Of a stretch of DNA of 64,000 nucleotides, positions 15,001 to 29,550 are shown one piece after another. The position numbers and the translations under genes were made by a program. Source of the DNA: Eledone cirrhosa. Its lineage: Eukaryota. Numbering within the stretch: position 1 is the stretch's first letter; every line of letters starts with the position of its first letter. A model generated the notes under the pieces. That model saw nothing but the letters and a program-made list of their open reading frames with translations. It searched no databases and was not told the DNA's origin. The stretch spans positions 35,030,001 to 35,094,000 of the forward strand of contig OZ024754.1 of assembly GCA_964016885.1 (NCBI GenBank), read 5' to 3'.

Positions 15001-18000
15001 GAAGTGTATATAGAAAGAAACTAAAGAATGTAGATGAAGTGTATATAGAAAGAAACTAAACAATGTAGATGAAGTGTATACAGAAAGAAACTAAAGAATG
15101 TTGATGAAGTGTATATAGAAAGAAACTAAAGAATGTAGATGAAGTGTATATAGAAAGAAACTAAAGAATGTTGATGAAGTGTATACAGAAAGAAACTAAA
15201 GAATGTAGATGAAGTGTATATAGAAAGAAACTAAAGAATGTTGATGAAGTGTTATACAGAAAGAAACTAAAGAATGTTGATGAAGTGTATATAGAAAGAA
15301 ACTAAAGAATGTAGATGAAGTGTATATAGAAAGAAACTAAAGAATGTTGATGAAGTGTATACAGAAAGAAACTAAAGAATGTTGATGAAGTGTATATAGA
15401 AAGAAACTAAAGAATGTTGATGAAGTGTATAGAGAAAGAAACTAAAGAATGTAGATGAAGTGTATATAGAAAGAAACTAAAGAATGTTGATGAAGTGTAT
15501 ATAGAAAGAAACTAAACAATGTAGATGAAGTGTATACAGAAAGAAACTAAAGAATGTTGATGAAGTGTATATAGAAAGAAACTAAAGAATGTAGATGAAG
15601 TGTATATAGAAAGAAACTAAAGAATGTTGATGAAGTGTCTACAGAAAGAAACTAAAGAATGTAGATGAAGTGTATATAGAAAGAAACTAAAGAATGTTGA
15701 TGAAGTGTATACAGAAAGAAACTAAAAAATGTTGATGAAGTGTATATAGAAAGAAACTAAAGAATGTTGAAGAAGTCTATATAGAAAGAAACTAAAGAAT
15801 GTTGATGAAGTGTATATAGAAAGAAACTAAAGAATGTTGATGAAGTGTATACAGAAAGAAACTAAAGAATGTTGATGAAGTGTATATAGAAAGAAACTAA
15901 AGAATGTTGATGAAGTGTATATAGAAAGAAACTAAAGAATGTAGATGAAGTGTATATAGAAAGAAACTAAACAATGTAGATGAAGTGTATACAGAAAGAA
16001 ACTAAAGAATGTTGATGAAGTGTAAACAGAAAGAAACTAAAGAATGTTGATGAAGTGTATATAGAAAGAAACTAAAGAATGTTGATGAAGTGTATATAGA
16101 AAGAAACTAAAGAATGTTGATGAAGTGTATACAGGAAGAAACTAAAGAATGTTGATGAAGTGTATACAGAAAGAAACTAAAGAATGTTGATGAAGTGTAT
16201 ATAGAAAGAAACTAAAGAATGTTGATGAAGTGTATATAGAAAGAAACTAAAGAATGTAGATGAAGTGTATATAGAAAGAAACTAAACAATGTAGATGAAG
16301 TGTATACAGAAAGAAACTAAAGAATGTTGATGAAGTGTATACAGAAAGAAACTAAAGAATGTTGATGAAGTGTATATAGAAAGAAACTAAAGAATGTTGA
16401 TGAAGTGTATACAGAAAGAAACTAAAGAATGTAGATGAAGTGTATATAGAAAGAAACTAAAGAATGTTGATGAAGTGTATACAGAAAGAAACTAAAGAAT
16501 GTTGATGAAGTGTATATAGAAAGAAACTAAAGAATGTAGATGAAGTGTATATAGAAAGAAACTAAACAATGTAGATGAAGTGTATACAGAAAGAAACTAA
16601 AGAATGTTGATGAAGTGTATATAGAAAGAAACTAAAGAATGTAGATGAAGTGTATATAGAAAGAAACTAAAGAATGTTGATGAAGTGTATACAGAAAGAA
16701 ACTAAAGAATGTAGATGAAGTGTATATAGAAAGAAACTAAAGAATGTTGATGAAGTGTATACAGAAAGAAACTAAAGAATGTTGATGAAGTGTATATAGA
16801 AAGAAACTAAAGAATGTAGATGAAGTGTATATAGAAAGAAACTAAAGAATGTTGATGAAGTGTATACAAAAAGAAACTAAAGAATGTTGATGAAGTGTAT
16901 ATAGAAGGAAACTAAAGAATGTTGATGAAGTGTATACAGAAAGAAACTAAAGAATGTAGATGAAGTGTATATAGAAAGAAACTAAAGAATGTTGATGAAG
17001 TGTATATAGAAAGAAACTAAACAATGTAGATGAAGTGTATACAGAAAGAAACTAAAGAATGTTGATGAAGTGTATATAGAAAGAAACTAAAGAATGTAGA
17101 TGAAGTGTATATAGAAAGAAACTAAAGAATGTTGATGAAGTGTCTACAGAAAGAAACTAAAGAATGTAGATGAAGTGTATATAGAAAGAAACTAAAGAAT
17201 GTTGATGAAGTGTATACAGAAAGAAACTAAAAAATGTTGATGAAGTGTATATAGAAAGAAACTAAAGAATGTTGAAGAAGTCTATATAGAAAGAAACTAA
17301 AGAATGTTGATGAAGTGTATATAGAAAGAAACTAAAGAATGTTGATGAAGTGTATACAGAAAGAAACTAAAGAATGTTGATGAAGTGTATATAGAAAGAA
17401 ACTAAAGAATGTTGATGAAGTGTATATAGAAAGAAACTAAAGAATGTAGATGAAGTGTATATAGAAAGAAACTAAACAATGTAGATGAAGTGTATAAAGA
17501 AAGAAACTAAAGAATGTTGATGAAGTGTATACAGAAAGAAACTAAAGAATGTTGATGAAGTGTATATAGAAAGAAACTAAAGAATGTTGATGAAGTGTAT
17601 ATAGAAAGAAACTAAAGAATGTTGATGAAGTGTATACAGGAAGAAACTAAAGAATGTTGATGAAGTGTATACAGAAAGAAACTAAAGAATGTTGATGAAG
17701 TGTATATAGAAAGAAACTAAAGAATGTTGATGAAGTGTATATAGAAAGAAACTAAAGAATGTAGATGAAGTGTATATAGAAAGAAACTAAACAATGTAGA
17801 TGAAGTGTATACAGAAAGAAACTAAAGAATGTTGATGAAGTGTATACAGAAAGAAACTAAAGAATGTTGATGAAGTGTATATAGAAAGAAACTAAAGAAT
17901 GTTGATGAAGTGTATATAGAAAGAAACTAAAGAATGTTGATGAAGTGTATACAGAAAGAAACTAAAGAATGTTGATGAAGTGTATACAGAAAGAAACTAA

Positions 18001-21000
18001 AGAATGTAGATGAAGTGTATATAGAAAGAAACTAAAGAATGTTGATGAAGTGTATACAGAAAGAAACTAAAGAATGTAGATGAAGTGTATATAGAAAAAA
18101 CTAAACAATGTTGATGAAGTGTATACAGAAAGAAACTAAAGAATGTTGATGAATTGTATATAGAAAGAAACTAAAGAATGTTGATGAAGTGTATATAGAA
18201 AGAAACTAAAGAATGTTGATGAAGTGTATATAGAAAGAAACTAAAGAATATAGATGAAGTGTATATAGAAAGAAACTAAACAATGTAGATGAAGTGTATA
18301 CAGAAAGAAACTAAAGAATGATGATGAAGTGTATATAGAAAGAAACTAAAGAATGTAGATGAAGTGTATATAGAAAGAAACTAAAGAATGTTGATGAAGT
18401 GTATACAGAAAGAAACTAAAGAATGTAGATGAAGTGTATATAGAAAAAACTAAACAATGTTGATGAAGTGTATACAGAAAGAAACTAAAGAATGTTGATG
18501 AATTGTATATAGAAAGAAACTAAAGAATGTTGATGAAGTGTATATAGAAAGAAACTAAAGAATGTAGATGAAGTGTATGTAGAAAGAAACTAAACAATGT
18601 AGATGAAGTGTATACAGAAAGAAACTAAAGAATGTTGATGAAGTGTATATAGAAAGAAACTAAAGAATGTAGATGAAGTGTATATAGAAAGAAACTAAAG
18701 AATGTTGATGAAGTGTATACAGAAAGAAACTAAAGAATGTAGATGAAGTGTATATAGAAAGAAACTAAAGAATGTTGATGAAGTGTATACAGAAAGAAAC
18801 TAAAGAATGTTGATGAAGTGTATATAGAAAGAAACTAAAGAATGTTGAAGAAGTGTATATAGAAAGAAACTAAAGAATGTTGATGAAGTGTATATAGAAA
18901 GAAACTAAAGAATGTTGATGAAGTGTATACAGAAAGAAACTAAAGAATGTTGATGAAGTGTATATAGAAAGAAACTAAAGAATGTTGATGAAGTGTATAT
19001 AGAAAGAAACTAAAGAATGTAGATGAAGTGTATATAGAAAGAAACTAAACAATGTAGATGAAGTGTATACAGAAAGAAACTAAAGAATGTTGATGAAGTG
19101 TATACAGAAAGAAACTAAAGAATGTTGATGAAGTGTATATAGAAAGAAATTAAACAATGTAGATGAAGTGTATACAGAAAGAAACTAAAAATGTTGATGA
19201 AGTGTATACAGAAAGAAACTAAAGAATGTTGATGAAGTGTATATAGAAAGAAACTAAAGAATGTAGATGAAGTGTATATAGAAAGAAACTAAACAATGTA
19301 GATGAAGTGTATACAGAAAGAAACTAAAGAATGTTGATGAAGTGTATACAGAAAGAAACTAAAGAATGTTGATGAAGTGTATATAGAAAGAAACTAAAGA
19401 ATGTAGATGAAGTGTATATAGAAAGAAACTAAACAATGTAGATGAAGTGTATACAGAAAGAAACTAAAGAATGTTGATGAAGTGTATACAGAAAGAAACT
19501 AAAGAATGTTGATGAAGTGTATATAGAAAGAAACTAAAGAATGTTGATGAAGTGTATATAGAAAGAAACTAAAGAATGTAGATGAAGTGTATATAGAAAG
19601 AAACTAAACAATGTAGATGAAGTATATACAGAAAGAATCTAAAGAATGTTGATGAAGTGTATACAGAAAGAAACTAAAGAATGTTGATGAAGTGTATATA
19701 GAAAGAAACTAAAGAATGTTGATGAACTGTATACAGAAAGAAACTAAAGAATGTTGATGAAGTGTATACAGAAAGAAACTAAAGAATGTTGATGAAGTGT
19801 ATATAGAAAGAAACTAAAGAATGTTGATGAAGTGTATATAGAAAGAAACTAAAGAATGTAGATGAAGTGTATATAGAAAGAAACTAAACAATGTAGATGA
19901 AGTGTATACAGAAAGAAACTAAAGAATGTTGATGAAGTGTATATAGAAAGAAACTAAAGAATGTTGATGAAGTGTATACAGAAAGAAACTAAAGAATGTT
20001 GATGAAGTGAATACAGAAAGAAACTAAAGAATGTTGATGAAGTGTATATAGAAAGAAACTAAAGAATGTTGATGAAGTGTATACAGAAAGAAACTAAAGA
20101 ATGTTGATGAAGTGTATACAGAAAGAAACTAAAGAATGTTGATGAAGTGTATATAGAAAGAAACTAAAGAATGTTGATGAAGTGTATATAGAAAGAAACT
20201 AAACAATGTAGATGAAGTGTATACAGAAAGAAACTAAAGAATGTTGATGAAGTGTATATAGAAAGAAACTAAAGAATGTTGATGAAGTGTATATAGAAAG
20301 AAACTAAAGAATGTTGATGAAGTGTATATAGAAAGAAACTAAAGAATGTTGATGAAGTGTATATAGAAAGAAACGAAAGAATGTTGATGAAGTGTATACA
20401 GAAAGAAACTAAAGAATGTTGATGAAGTGTATATAGAAAGAAACTAAAGAATGTAGATGAAGTGTATACAGAAAGAAACTAAAGAATGTTGATGAAGTGT
20501 ATATAGAAAGAAACTAAAGAATGTTGATGAAGTGTATATAGAAAGAAACTAAAGAATATAGATGAAGTGTATATAGAAAGAAACTAAAGAATGTTGATGA
20601 AGTGTATACAGAAAGAAACTAAAGAATGTTGATGAAGTGTATATAGAAAGAAACTAAAGAATGTAGATGAAGTGTATACAGAAAGAAACTAAAGAATGTT
20701 GATGAAGTGTATATAGAAAGAAACTAAAGAATGTAGATGAAGTGTATATAGAAAGAAACTAAAGAATGTAGATGAAGTGTATACAGAAAGAAACTAAAGA
20801 ATGTAGATGAAGTGTATACAGAAAGAAACTAAAGAATGTTGATGAAGTGTATATAGAAAGAAACTAAAGAATGTTGATGAAGTGTATATAGAAAGAAACT
20901 AAAGAATGTAGATGAAGTGTATACAGAAAGAAACTAAAGAATGTAGATGAAGTGTATACAGAAAGAAACTAAAGAATGTTGATGAAGTGTATATAGAAAG

Positions 21001-24000
21001 AAACTAAAGAATGTTGATGAAGTGTATATAGAAAGAAACTAAAGAATATAGATGAAGTGTATATAGAAAGAAACTAAAGAATGTTGATTAAGTGTATATA
21101 GAAAGAAACTAAAGAATGTTGATGAAGTGTATATAGAAAGAAACTAAAGAATGTTGATGAAGTGTATACAGAAAGAAACTAAAGAATGTTGATGAAGTGT
21201 ATATAGAAAGAAACTAAAGAATATAGATGAAGTGTATATAGAAAGAAACTAAAGAATGTTGATGAAGTGTATATAGAAAGAAACTAAACAATGTAGATGA
21301 AGTGTATATAGAAAGAAACTAAAGAATGTTGATGAAGTGTATATAAAGAAACTAACGCATGTTGATGAAGTGTATATAGAAAGAAACTAAAGTATGTTGA
21401 TGAAGTGTATATAGAAAGAAACTAAAAATGTTGATGAAGTGTATATAGAAAGAAACTAAAGAATGTTGATGAAGTGTATATAGAAAGAAACTAAACAATG
21501 TAGATGAAGTGTATACAGAAAGAAACTAAAGAATGTTGATGAAGTGTATACAGAAAGAAACTAAAGAATGTTGATGAAGTGTATATAGAAAGAAACTAAA
21601 GAATGTTGATAAAGTGTATATAGAAAGAAACTAAAGAATGTTGATGAAGTGTATATAGAAAGAAACTAAAGAATGTTGATGAAGTGTATATAGAAAGAAA
21701 CTAAAGAATGTTGATGAAGTGTATATAGAAAGAAACTAAAGAATGTAGATGAAGTGTATACAGAAAGAAACTAAAGAATGTTGATGAAGTGTTTATAGAA
21801 AGAAACTAAAGAATGTTGTTGAAGTCTATATAGAAAGAAACTAAAGAATGTTGATGAAGTGTATATAGAAAGAAACTAAAGAATGTTGATGAAGTGTATA
21901 TAGAAAGAAACTAAAGAATGTTGATGAAGTGTATATAGAAAGAAACTAAAGAATGTTCATGAAGTGTATATAGAAAGAAACTAAAGAATGTTGATGAAGT
22001 GTATATAGAAAGAAACTAAAGAATGTTGATGAAGTGTATATAGAAAGAAACTAAAGAATGTTGATGAAGTGTATATAGAAAGAAACTAAAGAATGTTGAT
22101 GAAGTGTATATAGAAAGAAACTAAAGAATGTAGATGAAGTGTATATAGAAAGAAACAAAAGAATGTTGATGAAGTGTATATAGAAAGAAACTAAAGAATG
22201 TTGATGAAGTGTATACAGAAAGAAACTAAAGAATGTAGATGAAGTGTATACAGAAAGAAACTAAAGAATGTTGATGAAGTGTATACAGAAAGAAACTAAA
22301 CAATGTAGATGAAGTGTATACAGAAAGAAACTAAAGAATGTTGATGAAGTGTATATAGAAAGAAACTAAAGAATGTAGATGAAGTGTATATAGAAAGAAA
22401 CTAAAGAATGTTGATGAAGTGTATATAGAAAGAAACTAAAGAATGTTGATGAAGTGTATACAGAAAGAAACTAAAGAATGTTGATGAAGTGTATATAGAA
22501 AGAAACTAAAGAATGTTGATGAAGTGTATACAGAAAGAAACTAAAGAATGTTGATGAAGTGTATACAGAAAGAAACTAAAGAATGTTGATGAAGTGTATA
22601 TAGAAAGAAACTAAAGAATGTAGATGAAGTGTATACAGAAAGAAACTAAAGAATGTTGATGAAGTGTATACAGAAAGAAACTAAAGAATGTTGATGAAGT
22701 GTATACAGAAAGAAACTAAAGAAAGCTGATGAAGTGTATATAGAAAGAAACTAAAGAATGTAGATGAAGTGTATATAGAAAGAAACTAAAGAATGTAGAT
22801 GAAGTGTATATAGAAAGAAACTAAAGAATGTTGATGAAGTGTATATAGAAAGAAACTAAAGAATGTTGATGAAGTGTATATAGAAAGAAACTAAAGAATG
22901 TTGATGAAGTGTATATAGAAAGAAACTAAAGAATGTTGATGAAGTGTATATAGAAAGAAACTAAAGAATGTTGATGAAGTGTATATAGAAAGAAACTAAA
23001 GAATGTAGATGAAGTGTATATAGAAAGAAACTAAAGAATGTTGATGAAGTGTATATAGAAAGAAACTAAAGAATGTTGATGAAGTGTATACAGAAAGAAA
23101 CTAAAGAATGTAGATGAAGTGTATACAGAAAGAAACTAAAGAATGTTGATGAAGTGTATATAGAAAGAAACTAAAGAATGTTGATGAAATGTATATAGAA
23201 AGAAACTAAAGAATGTTGATGAAGTGTATATAGAAAGAAACTAAAGAATGTTGATGAAGTGTATACAGAAAGAAACTAAAGAATGTTGATGAAGTGTATA
23301 TAGAAAGAAACTAAAGAATGTTGATGAAGTGTATATAGAAAGAAACTAAAGAATGTTGATGAAGTGTATATAGAAAGAAACTAAAGAATATAGATGAAGT
23401 GTATATAGAAAGAAACTAAAGAATGTTGATGAAGTGTATATAGAAAGAAACTAAAGAATGTAAATGAAGTGTATATAGAAAGAAACTAAAGAATGTTGAT
23501 GAAGTGTATATAAAGAAACTAACGCATATTGATGAAGTGTATATAGAAAGAAACTAAAGAATGTTGATGAAGTGTATATAGAAAGAAACTAAAAATGTTG
23601 ATGAAGTGTATATAGAAAGAAACTAAAGAATGTTGATGAAGTGTATATAGAAAGAAACTAAAGAATGTTGATGAAGTGTATATAGAAAGAAACTAAAGAA
23701 TGTTGATGAAGTGTATATAGAAAGAAACTAAACAATGTAGATGGAGTGTATACAGAAAGAAACTAAAGAATGTTGATGAAGTGTATATAGAAAGAAACTA
23801 AAGAATGTTGAAGAAGTGTATATAGAAAGAAACTAAAGAATGTAGATGAAGTGTATATAGAAAGAAACTAAACAATGTAGATGAAGTGTATACAGAAAGA
23901 AACTAAAGAATGTTGATGAAGTGTATATAGAAAGAAACTAAAGAATGTAGATGAAGTGTATATAGAAAGAAACTAAAGAATGTAGATGAAGTGTATATAG

Positions 24001-27000
24001 AAAGAAACTAAAGAATGTAGATGAAGTGTATATAGAAAGAAACTAAAGAATGTTGATGAAGTGTATACAGAAAGAAACTAAAGAATGTTGATGAAGTGTA
24101 TATAGAAAGAAACTAAAGAATGTTGATGAAGTGTATACAGAAAGAAACTAAAGAATGTTGATGAAGTGTATACAGAAAGAAACTAAAGAATGTTGATGAA
24201 GTGTATATAGAAAGAAACTAAAGAATGTAGATGAAGTGTATACAGAAAGAAACTAAAGAATGTTGATGAAGTGTATATAGAAAGAAACTAAAGAATGTAG
24301 ATGAAGTGTATATAGAAAGAAACTAAAGAATGTAGATGAAGTGTATATAGAAAGAAACTAAAGAATGTAGATGAAGTGTATATAGAAAGAAACTAAAGAA
24401 TGTTGATGAAGTGTATATAGAAAGAAACTAAAGAATGTAGATGAAGTGTATACAGAAAGAAACTAAAGAATGTTGATGAAGTGTATATAGAAAGAAACTA
24501 AAGAATGTTGATGAAGTGTATATAGAAAGAAACTAAAGAATGTAGATGAAGTGTATATAGAAAGAAACTAAAGAATGTTGATGAAGTGTATACAGAAAGA
24601 AACTAAAGAATGTTGATGAAGTGTATATAGAAAGAAACTAAAGAATGTTGATGAAGTGTATACAGAAAGAAACTAAAGAATGTTGATGAAGTGTATATAG
24701 AAAGAAACTAAAGAATGTTGATGAAGTGTATACAGAAAGAAACTAAAGAATGTTGATGAAGTGTATACAGAAAGAAACTAAAGAATGTTGATGAAGTGTA
24801 TATAGAAAGAAACTAAAGAATGTAGATGAAGTGTATACAGAAAGAAACTAAAGAATGTTGATGAAGTGTATACAGAAAGAAACTAAAGAATGTTGATGAA
24901 GTGTATACAGAAAGAAACTAAAGAATGCTGATGAAGTGTATATAGAAAGAAACTAAAGAATGTAGATGAAGTGTATATAGAAAGAAACTAAAGAATGTAG
25001 ATGAAGTGTATATAGAAAGAAACTAAAGAATGTAGATGAAGTGTATATAGAAAGAAACTAAAGAATGTTGATGAAGTGTATACAGAAAGAAACTAAAGAA
25101 TGTTGATGAAGTGTATATAGAAAGAAACTAAAGAATGTTGATGAAGTGTATACAGAAAGAAACTAAAGAATGTTGATGAAGTGTATACAGAAAGAAACTA
25201 AAGAATGTTGATGAAGTGTATATAGAAAGAAACTAAAGAATGTAGATGAAGTGTATACAGAAAGAAACTAAAGAATGTTGATGAAGTGTATATAGAAAGA
25301 AACTAAAGAATGTAGATGAAGTGTATATAGAAAGAAACTAAAGAATGTAGATGAAGTGTATATAGAAAGAAACTAAAGAATGTAGATGAAGTGTATATAG
25401 AAAGAAACTAAAGAATGTTGATGAAGTGTATATAGAAAGAAACTAAAGAATGTAGATGAAGTGTATACAGAAAGAAACTAAAGAATGTTGATGAAGTGTA
25501 TATAGAAAGAAACTAAAGAATGTTGATGAAGTGTATATAGAAAGAAACTAAAGAATGTAGATGAAGTGTATATAGAAAGAAACTAAAGAATGTTGATGAA
25601 GTGTATACAGAAAGAAACTAAAGAATGTTGATGAAGTGTATATAGAAAGAAACTAAAGAATGTTGATGAAGTGTATACAGAAAGAAACTAAAGAATGTTG
25701 ATGAAGTGTATATAGAAAGAAACTAAAGAATGTTGATGAAGTGTATACAGAAAGAAACTAAAGAATGTTGATGAAGTGTATACAGAAAGAAACTAAAGAA
25801 TGTTGATGAAGTGTATATAGAAAGAAACTAAAGAATGTAGATGAAGTGTATACAGAAAGAAACTAAAGAATGTTGATGAAGTGTATACAGAAAGAAACTA
25901 AAGAATGTTGATGAAGTGTATACAGAAAGAAACTAAAGAATGCTGATGAAATGTATATAGAAAGAAACTAAAGAATGTAGATGAAGTGTATATAGAAAGA
26001 AACTAAAGAATGTAGATGAAGTGTATATAGAAAGAAACTAAAGAATGTTGATGAAGTGCATACAGAAAGAAACTAAAGAATGCCGATGGAGTGTATATAG
26101 AAAGAAACTAAAGAATGTAGATGAAGTGTATATAGAAAGAAACTAAAGAATGTTGATGAAGTGTATATAGAAAGAAACTAAAGAATGTTGATGAAGTGTA
26201 TATAGAAAGAAACTAAAGAATGTTGATGAAGTGTATATAGAAAGAAACTAAAGAATGTTGATGAAGTGTATATAGAAAGAAACTAAAGAATGTTGATGAA
26301 GTGTATATAGAAAGAAACTAAAGAATGTTGATGAAGTGTATACAGAAAGAAACTAAAGAATGTAGATGAAGTGTATACAGAAAGAAACTAAAGAATGTTG
26401 ATGAAGTGTATATAGAAAGAAACTAAAGAATGTTGATGAAATGTATATAGAAAGAAACTAAAGAATGTTGATGAAGTGTATATAGAAAGAAACTAAAGAA
26501 TGTTGATGAAGTGTATACAGAAAGAAACTAAAGAATGTTGATGAAGTGTATATAGAAAGAAACTAAAGAATGTTGATGAAGTGTATATAGAAAGAAACTA
26601 AAGAATGTTGATGAAGTGTATATAGAAAGAAACTAAAGAATATAGATGAAGTGTATATAGAAAGAAACTAAAGAATGTTGATGAAGTGTATATAGAAAGA
26701 AACTAAAGAATGTAAATGAAGTGTATATAGAAAGAAACTAAAGAATGTTGATGAAGTGTATATAAAGAAACTAACGCATATTGATGAAGTGTATATAGAA
26801 AGAAACTAAAGAATGTTGATGAAGTGTATATAGAAAGAAACTAAAAATGTTGATAAAGTGTATATAGAAAGAAACTAAAGAATGTTGATGAAGTGTATAT
26901 AGAAAGAAACTAAAGAATGTTGATGAAGTGTATATAGAAAGAAACTAAAGAATGTTGATGAAGTGTATATAGAAAGAAACTAAACAATGTAGATGGAGTG

Positions 27001-28581
27001 TATACAGAAAGAAACTAAAGAATGTTGATGAAGTGTATATAGAAAGAAACTAAAGAATGTTGAAGAAGTGTATATAGAAAGAAACTAAAGAATGTAGATG
27101 AAGTGTATATAGAAAGAAACTAAACAATGTAGATGAAGTGTATACAGAAAGAAACTAAAGAATGTTGATGAAGTGTATATAGAAAGAAACTAAAGAATGT
27201 TGATGAAGTGTATACAGAAAGAAACTAAAGAATGTTGATGAAGTGTATACAGAAAGAAACTAAAGAATGTTGATGAAGTGTATATAGAAAGAAACTAAAC
27301 AATGTAGATGAAGTGTATACAGAAAGAAACTAAAGAATGTTGATGAAGTGTATATAGAAAGAAACTAAACAATGTTGATGAAGTGTATACAGAAAGAAAC
27401 TAAAGAATGTTGATGAAGTGAATACAGAAAGAAACTAAAGAATGTTGATGAAGTGTATATAGAAAGAAACTAAAGAATGTAGATGAAGTGTATACAGAAA
27501 GAAACTAAAGAATGTTGATGAAGTGTATATAGAAAGAAACTAAAGAATGTAGATGAAGTGTATATAGAAAGAAACTAAAGAATGTAGATGAAGTGTATAT
27601 AGAAAGAAACTAAAGAATGTAGATGAAGTGTATATAGAAAGAAACTAAAGAATGTTGATGAAGTGTATATAGAAAGAAACTAAAGAATGTAGATGAAGTG
27701 TATACAGAAAGAAACTAAAGAATGTTGATGAAGTGTATATAGAAAGAAACTAAAGAATGTTGATGAAGTGTATATAGAAAGAAACTAAAGAATGTAGATG
27801 AAGTGTATATAGAAAGAAACTAAAGAATGTTGATGAAGTGTATACAGAAAGAAACTAAAGAATGTTGATGAAGTGTATATAGAAAGAAACTAAAGAATGT
27901 TGATGAAGTGTATACAGAAAGAAACTAAAGAATGTTGATGAAGTGTATATAGAAAGAAACTAAAGAATGTTGATGAAGTGTATACAGAAAGAAACTAAAG
28001 AATGTTGATGAAGTGTATACAGAAAGAAACTAAAGAATGTTGATGAAGTGTATATAGAAAGAAACTAAAGAATGTAGATGAAGTGTATACAGAAAGAAAC
28101 TAAAGAATGTTGATGAAGTGTATACAGAAAGAAACTAAAGAATGTTGATGAAGTGTATACAGAAAGAAACTAAAGAATGCTGATGAAGTGTATATAGAAA
28201 GAAACTAAAGAATGTAGATGAAGTGTATATAGAAAGAAACTAAAGAATGTAGATGAAGTGTATATAGAAAGAAACTAAAGAATGTTGATGAAGTGCATAC
28301 AGAAAGAAACTAAAGAATGCCGATGGAGTGTATATAGAAAGAAACTAAAGAATGTAGATGAAGTGTATATAGAAAGAAACTAAAGAATGTAGATGAAGTG
28401 TATATAGAAAGAAACTAAAGAATGTTGATGAAGTGTATACAGAAAGAAACTAAAGAATGTTGATGAAGTGTATATAGAAAGAAACTAAAGAATGTTGATG
28501 AAGTGTATATAGAAGTAAACTAAAGAATGTTGATGAAGTGTATATAGAAAGAAACTAAGAATGTAGATGAAGTGCATACAG
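1..28581. repeat. 35-bp satellite tandem array, about 810 copies in this window, probably continuing left of it; consensus TAAAGAATGT(T/A)GATGAAGTGTATA(C/T)AGAAAGAAAC
   Basis: Period is 35 bp (units start at 1, 36, 71...). Two frequent polymorphic sites. The array ends abruptly at ...GAAGTGCATACAG (28581). Confidence 0.99.
7512..7711. other. Assembly gap (200 N) inside the satellite
   Basis: Run of exactly 200 N. Sporadic 1-bp indels are enriched in the contig left of the gap. Confidence 0.99.
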
Positions 28582-28624
28582 TGGCCATTTTATTTTTTTG
28601 AAACAGTTACCCTAAGTACGAATG

Positions 28625-28675
28625 CACCAATCGTGAAGTCCTGAGTTCGATTCTCAGACCAGGCTTTGCATTGAT
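28625..28675 (+). mobile_element. tRNA-derived SINE head fragment
   Basis: B-box-like GAGTTCGATTCTC within ACCAATCGTGAAGTCCTGAGTTCGATTCTCAGACC. Confidence 0.45.
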
Positions 28676-29001
28676 GCTCCAGATCACTGAGCTGTAGAAA
28701 TGTATAAATAGGTTTCGTTTTGTTTCTTAGAAGAAAGGAGGTTTATATATTTTTTATTAGAAGATATGTGTCTCGTGGAGAACGTTTATATATATATATA
28801 TGTCTCTAAAATAAAAAAGATTTCTTCCTTTATTTTTGTGTCACGGGTTCAATTCAATAAAGTAACAAATGTACGCCACACTCATGCACATAACTACGTA
28901 TCTACTTGCTCATATGTGGGCCCATGCGTAACGTACAGTGGTATTCTAAGTTAGGTGTTGTATGCCTAAGTCTATATTAGGCATTGTATGCTTAATTATA
29001 G

Positions 29002-29550
29002 ACTATTATTGATTTGTGGGTGTGTTCTGACTTTGATTAACGTTTCTTATATTCTTAGGGTGCTGAGATTTATATATTTGTTTTCTACCTTAACACTTAC
29101 GTTTTTGCATTTCTCTAAGTGCTTTTTAAATGAGGAAGTGCTGCCTATATATGTCATTACATTTTTCACACTGGGTTCGGTACATGACGTATGCTTGCTT
29201 GCTGGCATATGTCTGTGTTATTGATGGGGCAGATAGCCAGTGTGCAGTGTCTGTTGTGGTCTCTAGGTCGTTTCCTAGATAGTTGTCTGCGTAGTGAAGG
29301 GCTGGAGTGAGCCAGCCGCAGATGTAGCCCCTCTCTTCAGATGGCTGTTATTGTATTATCACTGAAATGTGGTAGCTTCAGGAAGCAGGTGTTGGTGGAG
29401 TTTGTGATGTTTCTTGTTTCTAATTTGGTTCACAGTGGATGTCAGATAACCGTTTAACTTCAGCACTTCCAAGAAATGTGTAGTGTGCGTATCTCAGTCC
29501 CCTGTAGTGTTGCATTTATTCCAGATATCTGTCAGTTCATTCCTTATGTA
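29002..29550 (-). pseudogene. Penelope-like retroelement ORF remnant: RT thumb, Cys-rich linker, GIY-YIG endonuclease
   Basis: Manual minus-strand translation, with stops and frameshifts: YIRNELTDIWNKC..FLEVLKLNGY (thumb LxxNGY), CFLKLPHFSD, CTLAICPINNTDIC, YVMYRTQCEKCND/YIGST (29137-29191), then HLEKC and LRI*ETLIKVRTHPQINN. Non-coding 3' sequence runs to (TA)n near 28790. Confidence 0.85.

Noticed and set aside
1-28581. 35-bp repeat as a CRISPR array or coding repeat
   Set aside because: No spacers, no cas genes, eukaryotic context. The period is not a multiple of 3 and the ORF track shows no real ORF there.
1-28581. Satellite monomer (TTGATGAAG-TGTATACA-GAAA) as a hammerhead-derived unit
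   Set aside because: The resemblance to CUGAUGA...GAAA is superficial: C3 is missing, stem II has no loop, and no stem I, stem III or NUH site can be formed.
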